From NCBI GenBank assembly GCA_965205215.1, contig OZ242041.1, positions 352,001-416,000 on the forward strand: a DNA stretch of 64,000 nucleotides. The letters are read 5' to 3'. The DNA comes from Nitrosopumilus sp. (GTDB lineage: Archaea > Thermoproteota > Nitrososphaeria > Nitrososphaerales > Nitrosopumilaceae). The notes beneath the pieces are model-generated. The model worked only from the letters and a program-made list of their open reading frames with translations. It did not search any database and was not told where the DNA came from. Shown one piece after another: positions 9,860 through 19,518 of the stretch (position 1 is its first letter; the number at the start of each line of letters is the position of its first letter). Both the position numbers and the translations under genes were made by a program.

Positions 9860-11176
9860 GTGATGTGTATGAAGGCATGGGCGGCCGTACTGGTAGCAGT
9901 GGCCGTCGCTGTCACCGCCTCTTTGATGCACGGCGAGGCATATGCACAGACCGACATCAGGATCGGGGTGCTGTTGTCGCATCCCAACGACATAGACGCA
10001 GGCCCGTGGGGGGCAATGTTGCTTGCCGAGAGGGACCTGAACAGTGAATTTACTGCGATCGATAGCACGGTGACGCTCGAGAGGATCGACGTGTCGGACT
10101 TTGCCAACCCTCAGTCGATGGTAACGACGATCGCATCTGCTTACCAGCGGGGCTTGATTCACTTTATTGCGCCGAGCGACGAGGTCGCTCTTGGCGCCGT
10201 AAAGGGGACCGTAGACGCGCTTGCTGCAGGCCTGATCCCGGGCGCTGAAGGCCTGAGCCCGGTCGCGGCAAGTTCCATACTGATATCGCCAAAGTCCCAG
10301 ACGGTCGTCCACCCGTTGTACAACTCCGACGACAACCTCTTCAGGCTCACCCCGAACAACGACGAATTGGCCAAGGTGACCATTCCGTTGTATGACAAGT
10401 ACGGCACGGACAGGCTGATTATGGTGATAGATGCCGCAAGGGGGAGCTCCCCGTTCCCGGCGCCAGAGGCCGTGCGCGATCGCTTTGGCACTCCCTTCGA
10501 ACCACTCCTGGTCTACAGCGAGGACACGCCGAACAGTGGCGAATTGAACCTGCAGGCCGCCACTGATCTCAATAATCGATTGGGTGCCCTGATCGACGAA
10601 TACGGGCAGAACAGCGTAGGCGTCATGTTTGTCAGCGACGTGTACCACTACAACACCCTTGTCAACGTGATCAACGACAACCCGAACCTTGCCAACCTTG
10701 ACAATGTAAGGTGGTACGGCACGGACGCAATACTCGTGGACGAGGTCGCGACGGATCTGTCGATGGCCGAGTTCTCCGCCAGGGTGAACATGACCATCCT
10801 AGCGTACGAGATATTTGAGACCCCCATTGTCAACGAGCTAAAAGCCCTCCCGAATCCAAGCAGGCTGCACAACGTATACGCCAACTATGCCGCGTATGAC
10901 GCGGTCCACCTGCTGGCCAGCAGCATCTTGATAGCAGAAGCCGACAATCTTAACCTGAAGGAGACCATATTAGAGGTGGCCAACGACGACATACACGTGC
11001 TACAGCACACCACACGCCTTTTGGGCGAGGGCGCGCTGGGCGACTACAGCTTGGACCGTCAGACCGGCGATCTTGCCGTCGGGGCCGGGAACTTTAACGA
11101 GCACAGGATGGGCCAGAGCAACGGCGGCTACATATGGCTCGAGCTCGATGATAGGACTCCGCAGATGTGCCGCTAG
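9860..11176 (+). CDS. secreted type-1 periplasmic-binding-fold protein (ABC/LivJ-like solute-binding protein)
   Basis: Signal peptide ending AYA; IRIGVLL, ILISPKS, DNLFRLTPND-like, WYGTDA, YAAYDAV motifs. Confidence 0.7.
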   Translation: MMCMKAWAAVLVAVAVAVTASLMHGEAYAQTDIRIGVLLSHPNDIDAGPWGAMLLAERDLNSEFTAIDSTVTLERIDVSDFANPQSMVTTIASAYQRGLIHFIAPSDEVALGAVKGTVDALAAGLIPGAEGLSPVAASSILISPKSQTVVHPLYNSDDNLFRLTPNNDELAKVTIPLYDKYGTDRLIMVIDAARGSSPFPAPEAVRDRFGTPFEPLLVYSEDTPNSGELNLQAATDLNNRLGALIDEYGQNSVGVMFVSDVYHYNTLVNVINDNPNLANLDNVRWYGTDAILVDEVATDLSMAEFSARVNMTILAYEIFETPIVNELKALPNPSRLHNVYANYAAYDAVHLLASSILIAEADNLNLKETILEVANDDIHVLQHTTRLLGEGALGDYSLDRQTGDLAVGAGNFNEHRMGQSNGGYIWLELDDRTPQMCR

Positions 11177-11668
11177 GCAGGCAGGCCCGCGCCACGCACA
11201 ATTATCACTTTTGCGTTATAACCCCCATCGGCCCTTGCATGGAGCTTGGGCAAGCCCATGGTTTCCCCGCGCGGCTGCCGGATTCGGGAACTGCCAGCTG
11301 CGGCGCGCAGGCAGATGGCCTCATGAGCCGGTGCGTCCTGACACGCGGCGGACCGGCCGGAGCTTTCCGCCATGCTAATCGTGTGGATCCCAAAAGCACT
11401 CCACCGCCACGGCCGTGGTTTGTGAACATGCCACACATCAAGACCTACGTGTATCTTGTGGAACCTGTGGTATCCAAAAAGCCGTTCTCCCCCGGGGCCG
11501 CAGCGCACTCATACTCGGAATGGAGATCATCTCAGAATATACATACGGAGAGACGCTGTGATGTACGGCATGTCTACAAACTGCTTGGATTCAAGGGTGA
11601 GTCTGCTTGGGCTCCACACGACGCCAACGGCGCGGCACATTATTTAGGATGTGCCATAATTGTACCTC

Positions 11669-11818
11669 ATGCAAGTGGAGAACAAAGGTCCAGATGACAG
11701 TGGTGCGGTCGCATGCCCCAGGTGCAACCACGCCATGATAGAGATGCAGGCATGCCACTTGCTGTGCGGCAACTGCGGCTCCCATCTGGACTGCTCGGAC
11801 AAGGGCAGCTACTGGTAA
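11669..11818 (+). CDS. small CPxC/CxxCG zinc-finger protein (49 aa)
   Basis: MQVENKGPDDSGAVACPRCNHAMIEMQACHLLCGNCGSHLDCSDKGSYW*; AT-rich TTATTTA about 25 nt upstream. Confidence 0.75.
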   Translation: MQVENKGPDDSGAVACPRCNHAMIEMQACHLLCGNCGSHLDCSDKGSYW

Positions 11819-11853
11819 TCAGAGGCGGCCGCGCGCCGCCGTCACGACCGCCA

Positions 11854-12027
11854 TCAGAGGCCGGGCCTGTCGGGAATGTAGTCGGTGGCCATGTTGACTG
11901 CCAGATCCTTCATGATCTCCAGGTACTCCTCGTATCCCTTTTCAAAGCCGCAGTGGGGGCACCTCACCACAGTGATGTCGTCGTCAAGCACGGCCACGCC
12001 CTCGCACTCGGGGCACTTTGCGTCCAT
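11854..12027 (-). CDS. small zinc-ribbon protein (57 aa)
   Basis: MDAKCPECEGVAVLDDDITVVRCPHCGFEKGYEEYLEIMKDLAVNMATDYIPDRPGL*; two CPxC motifs. Confidence 0.8.
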   Translation of the reverse strand: MDAKCPECEGVAVLDDDITVVRCPHCGFEKGYEEYLEIMKDLAVNMATDYIPDRPGL

Positions 12028-12047
12028 ACCCACGTGACATGGCCAAG

Positions 12048-12060
12048 ATATTTAATCATA
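12048..12060. promoter_or_regulatory. AT-rich TATA-like box between divergent Zn-ribbon gene and tRNA-Gly
   Basis: ATATTTAATCATA lies about 25-30 nt from both starts. Confidence 0.5.
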
Positions 12061-12082
12061 GGGTACAGCACAGAAAGCGCGG

Positions 12083-12159
12083 GCGGAGTTAGTTTAGCTC
12101 GGTATGACGTCAGCTTCCCAAGCTGAAGGCCGCGGGTTCGAATCCCGCACTCCGCACCA
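12083..12159 (+). tRNA. tRNA-Gly(CCC), intron-less, CCA encoded
   Basis: Acceptor stem GCGGAGT/ACTCCGC, anticodon arm TCAGC-TTCCCAA-GCTGA, T-arm GCGGG-TTCGAAT-CCCGC, ends ACCA. Confidence 0.96.
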
Positions 12160-12162
12160 CCA

Positions 12163-13149
12163 TCAGTTAGACAGCTCCCTTATCGCCTGCTCTATGGCCC
12201 CCCTGTCGGGCGCGCTTGGCAGCTGCTTTAGGTACGCGTGCAGGTCCTCCAGCGTCCCCTCCCGGTCGCCCTGCTTTTCGCGCAGGTACGCGCGGTTCTT
12301 GTAGATGCGGGCGGATCTCTTCGGGTTTATCCCTATCGCCTTTGTATAGTACGACTCGGCCTTGGCAGACTCGCCCCTCTTCAAATAATAGTTGCCGAGG
12401 CCGTTGTGCGCGAGGAACGCGCTGCCGTTTGCGCGTATGCACCGCTCGTAGTATCCGACGCACTCGGGCAGGCCCTGCTCGTTGCACAGGCCGCCGAGCA
12501 TCTGCAGGGCAGTCGGGTTCTCCGGATCCATCTCTAGCGCCTCCTTCAGCGAGCCGGACGCGCCAGACTTGTCACCCAGTATCATCGCCCTCTCCGCGTC
12601 AAAGCACAGCCTGCACGCCACGCTTACCTGCGCCGAGATCCGCATCGGCAGGGGGGAGATGCTCTCCGGGGGCGCCACCAGAATCATCAGCCTGCCCTCC
12701 TCGGACCACTCCCGGTCAAACACATTGGCGGGTATCGCGCCCTCCTGCTGGTCGCCCTCCTCGTTTCCCTTTTGCACGTAGTGGTACACCGCGTCGTCCC
12801 CGTACCCGGATATCACGGACGCGTGCTGGGTAATCTCCGGGCTGCCCGGGATCCCGGGCAGCATCACTATGGGCGGGATGCCCGCGTCAATGGCGGTTCT
12901 GAGCCCCTGCATGTCGGAGTGCAGCATCACGCACGCCAGGCCGTGCCGTTCTGCAAGCTCGACACCCTCTATTATGATGCCGCCCTCAAACGAGGGATAC
13001 CTCTTTGCGGCCTCGACTGCCTCTGCCATCGGAAGCGGCACGTTCCAGTACGTGGACACTACGTTGATCGGCAGCGGCAGCGACACGAGCTCCTCGCTTA
13101 CCAGCGGCAGGAAGAGCACGCGGTCGCTGCTGTCATCGGTGGCCGACAT
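12163..13149 (-). CDS. peptidase C39-like domain + TPR protein
   Basis: AIDAGIPPIV...QHASVISGY (C39-like); C-terminal TPR helices (ALEMDPENPTA, YTKAIGINP). Confidence 0.75.
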   Translation of the reverse strand: MSATDDSSDRVLFLPLVSEELVSLPLPINVVSTYWNVPLPMAEAVEAAKRYPSFEGGIIIEGVELAERHGLACVMLHSDMQGLRTAIDAGIPPIVMLPGIPGSPEITQHASVISGYGDDAVYHYVQKGNEEGDQQEGAIPANVFDREWSEEGRLMILVAPPESISPLPMRISAQVSVACRLCFDAERAMILGDKSGASGSLKEALEMDPENPTALQMLGGLCNEQGLPECVGYYERCIRANGSAFLAHNGLGNYYLKRGESAKAESYYTKAIGINPKRSARIYKNRAYLREKQGDREGTLEDLHAYLKQLPSAPDRGAIEQAIRELSN

Positions 13150-13248
13150 GGGGTTCCGGTACTACGGAGTTATTAAAATCGTTCAGCGTTGCGGCGGCCG
13201 CGGCCGCGGCATCACGGTAATGGTGGCAGGGTTGCGGCGGCCGCGACA

Positions 13249-13821
13249 TCACAGCCCGCAGAACCGCTCCACCATACGGCGGCCGTCCCTGCTCATCTCG
13301 GGATGGAACTGCGTGCCGTAAACGTCCCTGCCCTTGTACCTGATTATCTCGTGCCTGCAGTCGGGGGAGCCCCCCACCGACTCGAACGCCGGAGGCAGCC
13401 GGGATATCTCGTACGTGTGGCTCTCAAAGACGTCGATACTGGCGCCCGCGTCCGGGGTGATCGGCGTCGGCTTTGACACCACGACGGCGCAGCGCATGTT
13501 TCTCTGCGGTATTTCGGAGCGGCGTATCGTCCCCCCCATGCACAGCGCCATGATCTCGGCGCCGTAGCATATGCCCAGCAGCTTTGCGCCCGACGATACC
13601 GCGTGCCTGACGACCCTGGAGTTCACCTCGTTTACCAGCCGGTCGTTGCGCTTCCGGCCCGACAGTATGAACCCGCCGTACGTGGGCAGCTCCTCGGCCG
13701 ATATCTCGGAGGGGATCACCCTCCTGTACGAGCAGTCGAACTTTTCAAGCACCGCTGCCAAGTCGTCGGTATACGACGAGCCGTTGTCCACCACCAGCAT
13801 CGTCGCGCCTGGCGCGGGCAA
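13249..13821 (-). CDS. class I glutamine amidotransferase (GMP synthase subunit A-like)
   Basis: VVDNGSSY, ILSG, LGICYGAE, QFHPE catalytic triad. Confidence 0.85.
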   Translation of the reverse strand: MPAPGATMLVVDNGSSYTDDLAAVLEKFDCSYRRVIPSEISAEELPTYGGFILSGRKRNDRLVNEVNSRVVRHAVSSGAKLLGICYGAEIMALCMGGTIRRSEIPQRNMRCAVVVSKPTPITPDAGASIDVFESHTYEISRLPPAFESVGGSPDCRHEIIRYKGRDVYGTQFHPEMSRDGRRMVERFCGL

Positions 13822-16758
13822 CTAGATGCCGACCCCTACCGACACGTAGTGCAGCTCCGGCACGTTGTCCTTGATCACGATGGTGCCGATGTTTATCATG
13901 ACGCCCTCGTCGGTCTCCTCCTCCCAGATCAGGACGCGGTCGGTCCGGGGCACCACGAAGTCGTCTATGAACTGCAGCAGCGCCTCCTCCGTCTCCTCGC
14001 GGTCCCTGTCCGAGTAGAAGAACAGCTCGCCCTCGTTGAACGACAGCGGCACCGACAGCCTGGTCGGCTCGTCGACGCTCAGGTCGCTGTCGACGAAGAC
14101 CTGCCGCACTATATCGGCGCGCTCGTCGCGGTCCAGCTCCACGAACCCGTCGCCGACCTCTATATCGGTGGGGGTCACGCCGGACACCTTGCTCAGGTAC
14201 GCCTTGAAGGCATCCTCCTGCGTGTCGCCCAGTCCCACGAAATACTCGCCGTTGAACGCGGCGCCGACTGCCGCGATGGTGCCGAGCTGCGCCACCACGC
14301 CGCCCGCTCCCGCGGTATACACCGGGATAAAGTAAACGTCGTGCTCGCCCACGCGGTACAGAATGTTGTCGCCTATACGCGGGTTCCTCAGCAGTGTCTT
14401 GAGCTGCGCAAACTCGGGGTCGCGGTCGAGCGCCTCCCTGACGGCCGTGGGCCCTATCAGCTTTGTCGTGGAGTTGAGCGGCACCTCGTAGAACTGGATC
14501 TGCCCCAGGTTCGACAGGTCGTTCTCTACTACGATGTACCCCGCCAGGTTCCTGCCCTGCGAGCCCCTCAGCTCCAGCGACAGAAGCCCCAGGAACTCGG
14601 TCTGGTTGAAGCCCGGCGGCTTTGCCTCCACGTAGTACGTGTCAAGCCCGCGGGGAATCTCGTAAAACTCGTTTGCCTGGATGAACGTGTCGACGTCGGT
14701 TACGTGGTATATGTTGTACATCTCAGTCTTCCAGTTGAACAGCTCGACGGGATACCTGATCTGCTCCTCGAGCCACGGTGGCATGGGGCTGAACTGGTCC
14801 GCGTACTGCGCGGCGAACATCTCCGAGAAGAAGTCATCCCCGGTCTTTAGCAGCTGTATGTCCCCGTCGTACGAGTCTATGAGCGCGTACCCGACCAGCC
14901 TCAGGTACGGGTTGCTTATGGACCAGGGCACGTTATCCGTCTCGAACCCTATGATGAGCGGCACCAGCCAGTACGAGTTCTCGCCGTCCGTCACGGGCAG
15001 CGAGTCGAGCTCCTTGCCGAACAGGTCGTACAGGAAGTACGGGTAGAGGATCTCCATGCGGTCGTTGACATCCTTGTACCTCATCACGTGCACCGACTCG
15101 GCCGGAAACTGCAGCAAAAAGTTGGGCTCGAATATCCAGCTGAACGGGGGCCCCACGTCCAGGCCGCCCACCCCGGCGTACTGGACGTTCCCGAGCTCGT
15201 CGCTGCTCGTGCCCCTCGAGTTAGAGTAGCCGGACCACGTCAGCTCGAAGAGGCCGCCCTCCCCGTAGTATATCTCGCGCTGCTGGAAGAACTGGTCGCT
15301 GTCCACTATCTGGCCGTCCGTGGCCTCGAGCGTCAGGAAGGCGTCCGGCACGTGCGTGTATACCAGGTGCTGGTTGTACCACTGGTTCTCCGCGGACACC
15401 GACGAGGGCAGGATGGGCTTCATCGACGCGGTCCAGTACAGCGTGTTGTTGAACCTCAGTATGTCGTTGTCCTCAAAGTCCACGTACGGGATCAGCCCGA
15501 TCTCCGGCTTTAGCTTTGCAAACGCGGCCTCCCAGTCCCAAACGCGTATGACGTCGAGCACGTCGGCGTTGTCCACCGCGTAGTCGCTTATGTCGTTGGG
15601 CGAGACCGGGTTGAGCCTCACGTCGTGCGTGTTCTCGGTGATCTGGTCGAGCTGCCCCAGGTAGCGGTTCACGCCTATCTGCTGCGCCGTGTAGGGCCCC
15701 AGGTACTCTATCTTGCGGGCGTCGGCTATCGTGTCGTTCACCGCGACAAAGGCGAATACCGCTATGGATATGGCGAGGATCGTGAGGAACCTGACGTAGA
15801 CGTCACGCTTGAACATGTGGGTCAGGACGCGGGCCCGTATGCGGTCGACGGCGGAGAACGCCATGAGCGCCAGCCCGATTATCAGGACGCCGCCTATCTC
15901 GTACCTGGTGTTGTAGTCTATCTCGTTTGTAAAGAACATGTTGAAGCCTGCCCACAACACGGCTATGCCCACCAGCCCCTCTATGGTGGAGACGTAGTTG
16001 AGGTATCTGGGCTTGCCCCCGTCGGTGTCCTGCACGAACGACGTGATGACGTGTATGATGCGGTGCAGTCCCACGTACAGCATGAGCCGCAGCCCGATGG
16101 CGGCCAGTATAGGCGGTATCAGCACCACCAGAGCGGGTATCATCGGGACCACGGTCTCGGCCGCGTACGCCGCGTCCTCCGGCGGCGTGACGAAGGGCAG
16201 CGAGAACAGCGTGGGCAGGTTCTCCACCCCGAGCATGTCGCCGTCGACCAGGAACGCGACGGCGCTGAATCCGAACATTATGTTAGCAAAGAAGGCGCCA
16301 AACAGCAGCACCTTTGTTATCTGCCAGACCACGAAGGATGCTGGCCCGAGCCTGTACTCCGAGTAGCTCTGCAGGGTCTCGGATATCTGGGACTGGCTTA
16401 TTCCGGGGCCTCCGCCCCCAGCGGCGCCCGCCCCTCCGGCGGCGCCCGTGCCGGGGGCCCTGGGGCCCCTGGCGACGAACGCGATTGCAGTCTTGATCGC
16501 ATACCAGAAGATGGACGAGCGCGCCGCCATGTTTACGCGCACCAGCGCTATGGCGGAGAGTATGATGGATGATACGAGCGTATAGTACAGCGGCTTTGTA
16601 AACTGGTCGCCGAACTCTGAAAAGTTCATGTACAGAATTACGCCCTGGTTTCCGACCACGAGCATGGTGGCCACGGCCACGGCCGCCACTATGATGAGCT
16701 TCATGTACTTGCCCGTGTCAGGAGGAGGTGCCTGCTTGTCAGTTGTGGCGCTATACAA
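13822..16758 (-). CDS. UPF0182-family integral membrane protein
   Basis: N-terminal TM helices, IRVWD, QHLVYTH, IYYGE, EQIRYPVELF, YHVTD. Confidence 0.85.
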   Translation of the reverse strand: MYSATTDKQAPPPDTGKYMKLIIVAAVAVATMLVVGNQGVILYMNFSEFGDQFTKPLYYTLVSSIILSAIALVRVNMAARSSIFWYAIKTAIAFVARGPRAPGTGAAGGAGAAGGGGPGISQSQISETLQSYSEYRLGPASFVVWQITKVLLFGAFFANIMFGFSAVAFLVDGDMLGVENLPTLFSLPFVTPPEDAAYAAETVVPMIPALVVLIPPILAAIGLRLMLYVGLHRIIHVITSFVQDTDGGKPRYLNYVSTIEGLVGIAVLWAGFNMFFTNEIDYNTRYEIGGVLIIGLALMAFSAVDRIRARVLTHMFKRDVYVRFLTILAISIAVFAFVAVNDTIADARKIEYLGPYTAQQIGVNRYLGQLDQITENTHDVRLNPVSPNDISDYAVDNADVLDVIRVWDWEAAFAKLKPEIGLIPYVDFEDNDILRFNNTLYWTASMKPILPSSVSAENQWYNQHLVYTHVPDAFLTLEATDGQIVDSDQFFQQREIYYGEGGLFELTWSGYSNSRGTSSDELGNVQYAGVGGLDVGPPFSWIFEPNFLLQFPAESVHVMRYKDVNDRMEILYPYFLYDLFGKELDSLPVTDGENSYWLVPLIIGFETDNVPWSISNPYLRLVGYALIDSYDGDIQLLKTGDDFFSEMFAAQYADQFSPMPPWLEEQIRYPVELFNWKTEMYNIYHVTDVDTFIQANEFYEIPRGLDTYYVEAKPPGFNQTEFLGLLSLELRGSQGRNLAGYIVVENDLSNLGQIQFYEVPLNSTTKLIGPTAVREALDRDPEFAQLKTLLRNPRIGDNILYRVGEHDVYFIPVYTAGAGGVVAQLGTIAAVGAAFNGEYFVGLGDTQEDAFKAYLSKVSGVTPTDIEVGDGFVELDRDERADIVRQVFVDSDLSVDEPTRLSVPLSFNEGELFFYSDRDREETEEALLQFIDDFVVPRTDRVLIWEEETDEGVMINIGTIVIKDNVPELHYVSVGVGI

Positions 16759-16912
16759 AACCGAACTTGCTCATGGCTTGTTAAATTAATGTGTTGTCGG
16801 GTGGCCAACTATATAGATCGGGCGGTTATACCGGCAATGATTCGGGTGCGGCGTGTGCGCCGCGGCTGCGGGGTCGCTGGTGCGGCAATATTCAGAATCC
16901 GCGGCCGCCGCG

Positions 16913-18190
16913 TCAGTCCGCATTCGCGGCGGCGGCGTCGGTGGTGCCGGCGTCGGCCGCCAGCCGTCCGAACCCCTTGCATATCGCATATGCGGCCGCG
17001 TACACGGGCAGCTCCGCGCTCTCGCCTTCCTTGTAGGGCCCGAACCTTTTGCTCCCAAGGCCGAACCTGACGGGACAGCCGCACTCGACTGATACGGTCT
17101 CGTCCGCGTCCAGAACCACCGCGTCCACGTACGGGTCAAACGAGTCCGCGTCTCCGGTACACGCCGTCTTCAACATCCCGCTCTTGCTGTTTATCGTGTG
17201 CGGCATGCGGAATATGCGGTGTATGTCGCCGGTAACCTGCGCGTCTATCCTGGCGCCGACGTCGCCTGACACCTCCCTGATTATCCCCTCGAATCTGGCG
17301 TACGCGGCCCCGGACGAGGTCTTGGACATCTCCGAGATGGTCTCGGCCCGCTTGGCCTTTGAACCGAACGCGGCCTTTGCAAACCTGCCGCGCCACCCCT
17401 TCTGGCCTAGGTCGGGCAGCTCGGCCTTGTCAAGTCCGGAGGTCTTGCGCATGCCAAGCGCCTCCGGTATCAGTCCGCTCAGCATCACGTAGCCGGCAAG
17501 GTCGGCGCGCGCCCTCGCGTCAAGCCCCCTGAACCTAGGATCCGACACGTGCACGTGGAACCCCTCGTTTCCAGAAAAGTATGTGGACATGTGATCCGGC
17601 CCCACCCCGAGTTCGTCGCGCAGTATGCGGTTCAGCAGGGCCACCTGCTTTTTTGATGCTGCTATGCACTTTTTGCACGGCAGCGACTTGGGCCTCACGC
17701 GGCCGGCCTGGCCGCACGAGCCGCACTCGTGCCCAGGGCTTACTGCTCTTTCCTCACCTGCTTCCCTTTCTCCTTCCTTTCCCTCTTCCTTCCCTTTCTC
17801 TTCCTCTTCTCTTTCCCGCTCCATCCAGGAGCGGCCGCACGTCTCGCATACCGCAAGCACGTGGTCCCTGCGGCAGGGCAGATCCAGATCCTTTGCGTCA
17901 ATGTCGAACACGAGGTCGGCCCCGCGCCAGTCTTTCTCCCTCATGTCCAGGTTTGGAAATGAATAGTACGAGTTTGAGCAGTACGCGTCTGACGGCACGG
18001 TCTTCATGAACATGACGCGCATCTGTCCCGCGTCCTTCACTTGGATGTGCCGCGTCATGCCCCCCACCCCCAGCTTCTGGTACCCGAACTCGCGGTGCAG
18101 GATGTCGTCGGGCACGGGGATCTCAGATATATGGTCATAGTAATACTTCTTGAACGCGGACTCTAGAAACTGTATGTCGCGCTCGTTCAT
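16913..18190 (-). CDS. priS: DNA primase small (catalytic) subunit
   Basis: REFGY, DLVFDIDAKD, FSGNEGFHVHV, IDAQVTGDIHRIFRMPHTINSKSG. Confidence 0.95.
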   Translation of the reverse strand: MNERDIQFLESAFKKYYYDHISEIPVPDDILHREFGYQKLGVGGMTRHIQVKDAGQMRVMFMKTVPSDAYCSNSYYSFPNLDMREKDWRGADLVFDIDAKDLDLPCRRDHVLAVCETCGRSWMEREREEEEKGKEEGKEGEREAGEERAVSPGHECGSCGQAGRVRPKSLPCKKCIAASKKQVALLNRILRDELGVGPDHMSTYFSGNEGFHVHVSDPRFRGLDARARADLAGYVMLSGLIPEALGMRKTSGLDKAELPDLGQKGWRGRFAKAAFGSKAKRAETISEMSKTSSGAAYARFEGIIREVSGDVGARIDAQVTGDIHRIFRMPHTINSKSGMLKTACTGDADSFDPYVDAVVLDADETVSVECGCPVRFGLGSKRFGPYKEGESAELPVYAAAYAICKGFGRLAADAGTTDAAAANAD

Positions 18191-19287
18191 GCCGGCCCTC
18201 CCTCCGCAGGTTCCGCGTCGGAAGGCGGTTGCTGCTGCTCATGCTCATGCTGAACAGCCTTTCTCCGCCGCCCGAACTGCAACGGCGTTATGATCCCGTC
18301 GCATTCCGGCACGGCAAAGCACAGGTTCTGGGTGCGCAGCTTGTCGCACGAGGGGCAGTTGTATTTTACTCCCCCCGTCTTGCCGGACAGGTGGTTCAGC
18401 TGGTACATCGTTACCCGCTCGCTGTAGTCGGGCGCGTTCTTGAAGAGGGGCGCGATCTCCTCTACCGGCCGCCCCCTTGCAAGAAGGAACGTGGCAAGCA
18501 TGAACCGGCCCGAGTGGGGAAGGTTCTCGCCGCTCTTGAGCACGTTGACGGCGTGCTTTATGCAGGGCGGGTTCTCGCCCGTACTCTCGTATGTGGGCGT
18601 GAGCCTGTCGGCCACGGCGGCCAGCTCGGCGACCATCCCCTCGAGGCCGGGGATCATGTCCGGGACCGGAGAGTCCCTGATCTTGTCTGAGATGTACGTG
18701 GTCAGCGCGTGCCGGATCAGCCTGACCGTCTTGTCCGGCTTTAGTATCACGTAGCCGTCCTCGACCTGCCTGTTTACCAGCTTCCACTCGCGCTCGTGGA
18801 ATACGGAAGAATGTTTGAGATAGTCAGGCACCGGTATCAGGTACCGGTAGCCGCGCACCTCTACCTTGAGTCCGAACAGATCAAGCAATATGTTCCGCGC
18901 CATTTCGGCCCTTGGGGGATCGAGTCGGTGGTCGCGGTACGACAGATCCCTGATCAAGTGTGTCTCTGCCCTGCGTGCTTCGCTTAGCGCAAAGCGCCTT
19001 ACGAGTGTGTGGCGGTTGGCCAGCTTTATCAGTACAATGGCAATCAGAAACGAGAATACCTCCATGTCCAGTACGTCGTACTGCATCGCCTTGCCGCCGG
19101 CCAATCCAGATCTGTATACAGAACCGCTGGTCGCCGCCATTACCCGCTCGTATGCCTTGTCTACAATGACTCTGAGGATTGGATCGGTGCCGAATTGCCG
19201 GAGCTCAAAGCCATACTCTTGGAGGTATCTTCCGGCATCGGCCAGAAAGGGGTACTTTGCCTTCTCATCTTTGCCCGGCACAAGCAT
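18187..19287 (-). CDS. priL: DNA primase large subunit
   Basis: AKYPFL, WKLVNR, PPCI, NLPHSGRF, APDY, YNCPSC..LC Fe-S ligands. Confidence 0.93.
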   Translation of the reverse strand: MLVPGKDEKAKYPFLADAGRYLQEYGFELRQFGTDPILRVIVDKAYERVMAATSGSVYRSGLAGGKAMQYDVLDMEVFSFLIAIVLIKLANRHTLVRRFALSEARRAETHLIRDLSYRDHRLDPPRAEMARNILLDLFGLKVEVRGYRYLIPVPDYLKHSSVFHEREWKLVNRQVEDGYVILKPDKTVRLIRHALTTYISDKIRDSPVPDMIPGLEGMVAELAAVADRLTPTYESTGENPPCIKHAVNVLKSGENLPHSGRFMLATFLLARGRPVEEIAPLFKNAPDYSERVTMYQLNHLSGKTGGVKYNCPSCDKLRTQNLCFAVPECDGIITPLQFGRRRKAVQHEHEQQQPPSDAEPAEGGPA

Positions 19288-19518
19288 GGCATGGCTTGCA
19301 TACCGATACATAAAAAGAACAAGGGCGCTGCGGGCCGATCGTTAAGATCAGCGAAGGAAGTGCCAGTAGCATGAGGGTCCTGAGCTGCATGCAACGGGAG
19401 CTTATCCCGGATGGATCCTTTGGCGGGAACTGGACGGGGATACCTGCGCAGAATATCCTAGCCGGCGTCTTTCCCTGCATGGGTTTGTCCGGCCCCGGGC
19501 CTTGAAGCAGAAGTCGCA

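Noticed and set aside
9860-12159. Integrated element at tRNA-Gly
   Set aside because: No integrase and no duplicated tRNA end (att site) seen.
13603-16572. Long + strand ORFs (e.g. 415 aa, 315 aa) opposite UPF0182, and similar shadow ORFs throughout the window
   Set aside because: Antisense shadows of real genes, expected from high GC3 codon bias; no recognisable motifs.
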